Source: a bacterium (lineage in GTDB: Bacteria; Zhuqueibacterota; Zhuqueibacteria; Residuimicrobiales; Krinioviventaceae). From it: 64,000 nt of DNA. A model generated the notes under the pieces. That model saw nothing but the letters and a program-made list of their open reading frames with translations, ran no database searches and was not told where the DNA came from. Below, piece by piece: positions 60,924 through 64,000 of this stretch. The stretch covers positions 928,001-992,000 of the forward strand of contig OY843751.1 of assembly GCA_963693055.1 (NCBI GenBank), in the 5' to 3' direction. Positions within the stretch are counted from its first letter, which is position 1. Each line of letters begins with the position of its first letter. The position numbers were made by a program, and so were the translations under genes.

Positions 60924-60984
60924 TCATTGTTTTTCAGCTAACTCCAGTCGCCCTACGGGCTCCTTTCGTTAGCTGAAAAAATGA
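60924..60984 (+). other. Structured stem-loop inside the element's right end (possible cis-acting RNA or ssDNA structure)
   Basis: 13-bp stem TTTTTCAGCTAAC/GTTAGCTGAAAAA enclosing an internal loop and a GCCC-TACG-GGC hairpin (C-UACG-G, UNCG-type tetraloop). Confidence 0.65.
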
Positions 60985-61007
60985 ATAAATGTTCTAATCT
61001 TAAAAAC

Positions 61008-61027
61008 AACCTACCGGAAATATTTCC
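61008..61027 (-). repeat. Right terminal inverted repeat
   Basis: AACCTACCGGAAATATTTCC; outer 12 bp GGAAATATTTCC palindromic. Confidence 0.82.
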
Positions 61028-61057
61028 TAAACGTAAATAAAAATAAACTCCAGATCA

Positions 61058-61102
61058 AACAAAAAAAAGCCGGCATCTTTAAGATGCCGGCTTTTTTTTG
61101 TT
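61058..61102. terminator. Bidirectional intrinsic terminator between convergent genes
   Basis: AACAAAAAAAAGCCGGCATCTT-T-AAGATGCCGGCTTTTTTTTGTT; 22-bp arms with A8/T8 tracts. Confidence 0.92.
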
Positions 61103-61120
61103 ACAACTATTATTTTATTC

Positions 61121-61963
61121 TTAATTTTTTTCCTGATCTGTATTTTGATCGTTTTCTTTATCTTCTTTTGGTAGGGTGGGTTTTGCAGCAGTAGATTTTT
61201 TACGAGTTGTCTTGGCCGGGGTTTTCTTTTCCTTTGACTCGTTCTCATCTTTGGTTTCAGTTGTTTTAGCTACCGCTTTTTTACGAGGAGCACGTTTGGG
61301 TTTTGTTTCCTTTGGTGCTTCTGTTTTGGTTTCGGTTTCAGTTTTTGTTTCAGGCTCTTGAGTTTTTTCTTCAGTAGCTGGCTCTTTTACTGCTTTTTTG
61401 TGTGAACTGGGCTTAGCCTCAACTGCGGTTGCCGAATCTGTCTCTTTGGCGGCAACTGTCGGTTCAGTTTCTTTTTTCTCCACACTGGCAGGTGCCTTGG
61501 GTTCCGGTTTTATTACCTCTTTTTTGGGCTTTTCCGGCTCTGGAGATTTTATAACTTTTTTTGCCGACTTTTTCGGTTTAAGAATTGTAAAAAGTCCAAA
61601 TATGAGTATAACAATGCCTACAAACAGCACAAGATAAGCTGATGCTCTAAACTTGCGTATTTCGGTTTTTTGAGCTATCAGATCATTTTCCATTAATTCA
61701 AGTGCGGATTTTACAGAGTCCAGTTTAGCTTCACGAACAACCAGATCCAGTTCTTTTTGTTGTAGAGAGTCCAGTAAAGCCTGGGCTTTTAACTGTAACG
61801 CATCGAGTTCGTTCTGCTTCAGTCTGATCTGGTCTTGTATGGCACTTTTTTCAAGTTCCGATTTGAGAATATCTACATTGGCCTTTTCTTCTTCATCAAT
61901 TTTAGAGCATGCAAAAGGCAGCATGAAAATTAGTATGATCGGAATCAGGTATTTGTACTTCAT
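61121..61963 (-). CDS. Putative lipoprotein with coiled coil, internal TM helix and Lys/Glu/Thr/Pro-rich disordered tail
   Basis: MKYKYLIPIILIFMLPFA-C lipobox-like signal, heptad region, TM AYLVLFVGIVILIFGLFTIL, AGGAGG RBS upstream on the minus strand. Confidence 0.75.
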   Translation of the reverse strand: MKYKYLIPIILIFMLPFACSKIDEEEKANVDILKSELEKSAIQDQIRLKQNELDALQLKAQALLDSLQQKELDLVVREAKLDSVKSALELMENDLIAQKTEIRKFRASAYLVLFVGIVILIFGLFTILKPKKSAKKVIKSPEPEKPKKEVIKPEPKAPASVEKKETEPTVAAKETDSATAVEAKPSSHKKAVKEPATEEKTQEPETKTETETKTEAPKETKPKRAPRKKAVAKTTETKDENESKEKKTPAKTTRKKSTAAKPTLPKEDKENDQNTDQEKN

Positions 61964-62043
61964 TGGCCCCTCCTTTCAAGTTTATAATGTTAACTATTAC
62001 AAGATACAAATAATTCCGTTAATACGTAACCGTTATTTTACGA

Positions 62044-64000
62044 TTATTTTTCATATTTCCAGATGAAATCAATACCCGTGGTTTTGTCATCCCCTTTGGT
62101 TGCCTGTATGAAAAAATGACGATTCATTTCATATTCCAGAGACACCTGTTCGGAAACCAGTTCATGGGTTTGCCCGAGATTAAAGCCTTGAATATAACTT
62201 AAATACAGGTCATTGGTTATATATTTTCCCAAAACAATCGAGTTTTTACGCCAATTGTCACTGCCCTGAAATTCAATTACATCCAGATTCAGTTTTTCTT
62301 GCAGAGATCGCGAAATAGGTGCTGTGAGACGTCTGGCAACCCAGTTTTCAAGCGATGCGGTTGACAAGAGACCATTATTCTCCTGAAGTTGTTTTTTTTC
62401 ACCATAAGACAACTCGTTCGTGCTACGTCCAAACAAGAGGTAGGAAATAGCATCCGCTTCTTCAATAGATTCGTCATCCATAAGAAATGCAATTTGAGGA
62501 GATTCAGCATTGCCGGTTATATTGATATAGAGCTTTCTTTTCTCGCTATAAATATCCCGAAAGGTATGAAGGGCAGAAATATCAATTTCAGGGTTTATTT
62601 TCTTTTTCCCTGTAAAATTAATCTCGCCACTTTCAATTTGAAAACGTTTACTGTAAAGATTGATTGTGCCGCGAAGGGTTTCAATCGTACCGAATAGTGT
62701 TATCTGGTTACCGTTTGAAACCAGATCTAAATTACCGCCCAGTTCAATATTCAAGTCATTATTGCTGATCCAAAAGTTTTTATCAAACCGGATAGAGACC
62801 CTTGATTTTATATTGGATTCCAGCGTAGTCTTGGTTTTTACAGCTAATGTATCCTGACTGACGGTTTCCAAAAGGGCAGGAGATGTAGTACCATTTTTTT
62901 TATTCTTTTGTAACAATGGCAAATATATTCGCGATTGCAGAATGTTTATGTTACCATTCAACTCGGGAGTCGAATAATTTCCCTGTAAATCTAGCTCACC
63001 TGAAAATGTTAATCCCAGTTTGTTGCTTTTTGCCAGGGGGTAATTCAAAGGCGTTATATGTATACTAAGATCTTTTGGTTTAAAATCTGGTGTCAAATTG
63101 AAATTTCCATTCAATCTGAAAATTCCATTATCTTTTTTAGATTGAAAAGAATGAATTTGTACAAAGTTGCTGTCTATTTGTATATCACTATTCAAATTTG
63201 GGACCTTGATTGCGTATTCCGGGATGTCAATTTGTGTTTGTAATAATTTCAAATATCCATCAAGGTAGGCATTGCCGGCTATTTTTTGATACTTGAGATT
63301 AAAAGACATATCACCCTGAATGTTAGCAGTGGGGGAGACAAGTGCATTAATCATGGCCATGTTCATTTTATCTGTCGATATTTCAACTTTTAAATCTTTA
63401 TTGATCAGAGGGATTGTATCGTTATCTGTAACGGCCCCTGTCTGTATTGTTCCGGATACTGTTAAAAGCTGTTCCGAATTGTTTGTCAGGCTTGACTGGG
63501 TAGATAACAAGCCATCTTTGTATTGTATGGTACCACTCAGCCTTTCCAAAGGGGTATTATAGAAAACCGGAGATTCTATAGAAATATTGCCATCCAAAAC
63601 TGGGGTCGTTGTATTTCCAGTCAAATCAAGCTTTGAATACAGCAAACCCTTGTATTGCTTTTGTGGAAAATAGGGATTTAAAACCTTGTCTAGATCGAGT
63701 CCCGAGATGTTTAACGACAATAAATGATTACCGCTTTTACCCATACTTCCGTCAATAGCTATGGACTGGTTCCTGCTGAAAAGTTCAAAATCTGAAATAC
63801 TGAATGCCGAGCTGCTAAAACTGGAAGACGCTTTATTTGTTAACTGCCAGATCTGATTTGCTTGCAATATGGCTAAACTGTCAATACTGGCTGTTAACGT
63901 ATCCATCAGGTTTATTGTACCCATCAGATCCAAAGTTGTTGAATCATTTAATTGGATATAAAGATCATGGGCCAGTGATTTATCTTTAAACACGAGCTGT
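62044..64000 (-). CDS. tamB: Translocation and assembly module TamB (DUF490), C-terminal part; 5' end outside the window
   Basis: Beta-taco repeats; LNIELGGNL, RGTINLYSKRFQI..G.I.FTG..INP.IDI.A, EADAISYLLFGR, GKYITNDLYLSY, GIDFIWKYEK; frame open to the window edge. Confidence 0.88.
   Translation of the reverse strand, partial: QLVFKDKSLAHDLYIQLNDSTTLDLMGTINLMDTLTASIDSLAILQANQIWQLTNKASSSFSSSAFSISDFELFSRNQSIAIDGSMGKSGNHLLSLNISGLDLDKVLNPYFPQKQYKGLLYSKLDLTGNTTTPVLDGNISIESPVFYNTPLERLSGTIQYKDGLLSTQSSLTNNSEQLLTVSGTIQTGAVTDNDTIPLINKDLKVEISTDKMNMAMINALVSPTANIQGDMSFNLKYQKIAGNAYLDGYLKLLQTQIDIPEYAIKVPNLNSDIQIDSNFVQIHSFQSKKDNGIFRLNGNFNLTPDFKPKDLSIHITPLNYPLAKSNKLGLTFSGELDLQGNYSTPELNGNINILQSRIYLPLLQKNKKNGTTSPALLETVSQDTLAVKTKTTLESNIKSRVSIRFDKNFWISNNDLNIELGGNLDLVSNGNQITLFGTIETLRGTINLYSKRFQIESGEINFTGKKKINPEIDISALHTFRDIYSEKRKLYINITGNAESPQIAFLMDDESIEEADAISYLLFGRSTNELSYGEKKQLQENNGLLSTASLENWVARRLTAPISRSLQEKLNLDVIEFQGSDNWRKNSIVLGKYITNDLYLSYIQGFNLGQTHELVSEQVSLEYEMNRHFFIQATKGDDKTTGIDFIWKYEK

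Larger units (their letters stand above)
59155..61027 (+). mobile_element. Putative novel IS-like element (1873 bp) carrying two DUF1670-type genes, 20-bp TIRs and a 3-bp TAA target duplication
   Basis: Left end GGAAAATTTTCCGGTAGGTT vs reverse complement of right end GGAAATATTTCCGGTAGGTT (18/20). TAA flanks both sides (59152-54, 61028-30). Lies between a gene's stop and its terminator. Confidence 0.8.

Noticed and set aside
60936-60974. AGCTAAC...GTTAGCT resembling the R''/R' boxes of an integron attC site
   Set aside because: Only 39 bp (attC sites are about 57-141 bp), no L boxes or extrahelical bases, imperfect RYYYAAC/GTTRRRY, and no integrase or cassette array
61027-61248. 73-aa minus-strand ORF crossing the terminator
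   Set aside because: Alternative frame of the lipoprotein's low-complexity tail running through the terminator; no independent support
1-64000. CRISPR arrays, tRNA/rRNA genes, prophage genes, JUMPStart/ops element
   Set aside because: No regularly spaced repeats, cloverleafs, rRNA-like or phage genes recognised; the start of the EPS operon, where ops would lie, is outside the window

Overview
AT-rich bacterial window. The FlgD-Ig/'Por'-type C-terminal domain suggests an FCB-associated lineage such as KSB1 or Calditrichota, but that is inference. Bases 1-50714 are one very large, all plus-strand surface-glycan locus (~43 genes). It holds a Wzc kinase, a priming sugar transferase, two Wzx flippases, a Wzy/WaaL-like protein, 8 GT4, 6 GT2 and 5 GT-C-like transferases, 2 LPG-synthase-TM flippase-like proteins, acetyl-/methyltransferases, deacetylases, a GlpD homologue and two secreted glycan-active proteins. 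Three well-spaced sigma54 (-24/-12) promoters punctuate the region. A 2741-aa secreted Ig-repeat adhesin-like protein follows. The most striking object is a 1873-bp element (59155-61027) inserted exactly at the TAA stop codon of that giant gene. It has 20-bp terminal inverted repeats whose outer 12 bp are perfect palindromes, a duplicated TAA and a structured 3' hairpin. Its only genes are two paralogous DUF1670-type HTH proteins, with no recognisable DDE/HUH/serine transposase, so it is a candidate undescribed transposon family. The window ends with a convergent lipoprotein gene and the 3' part of tamB.
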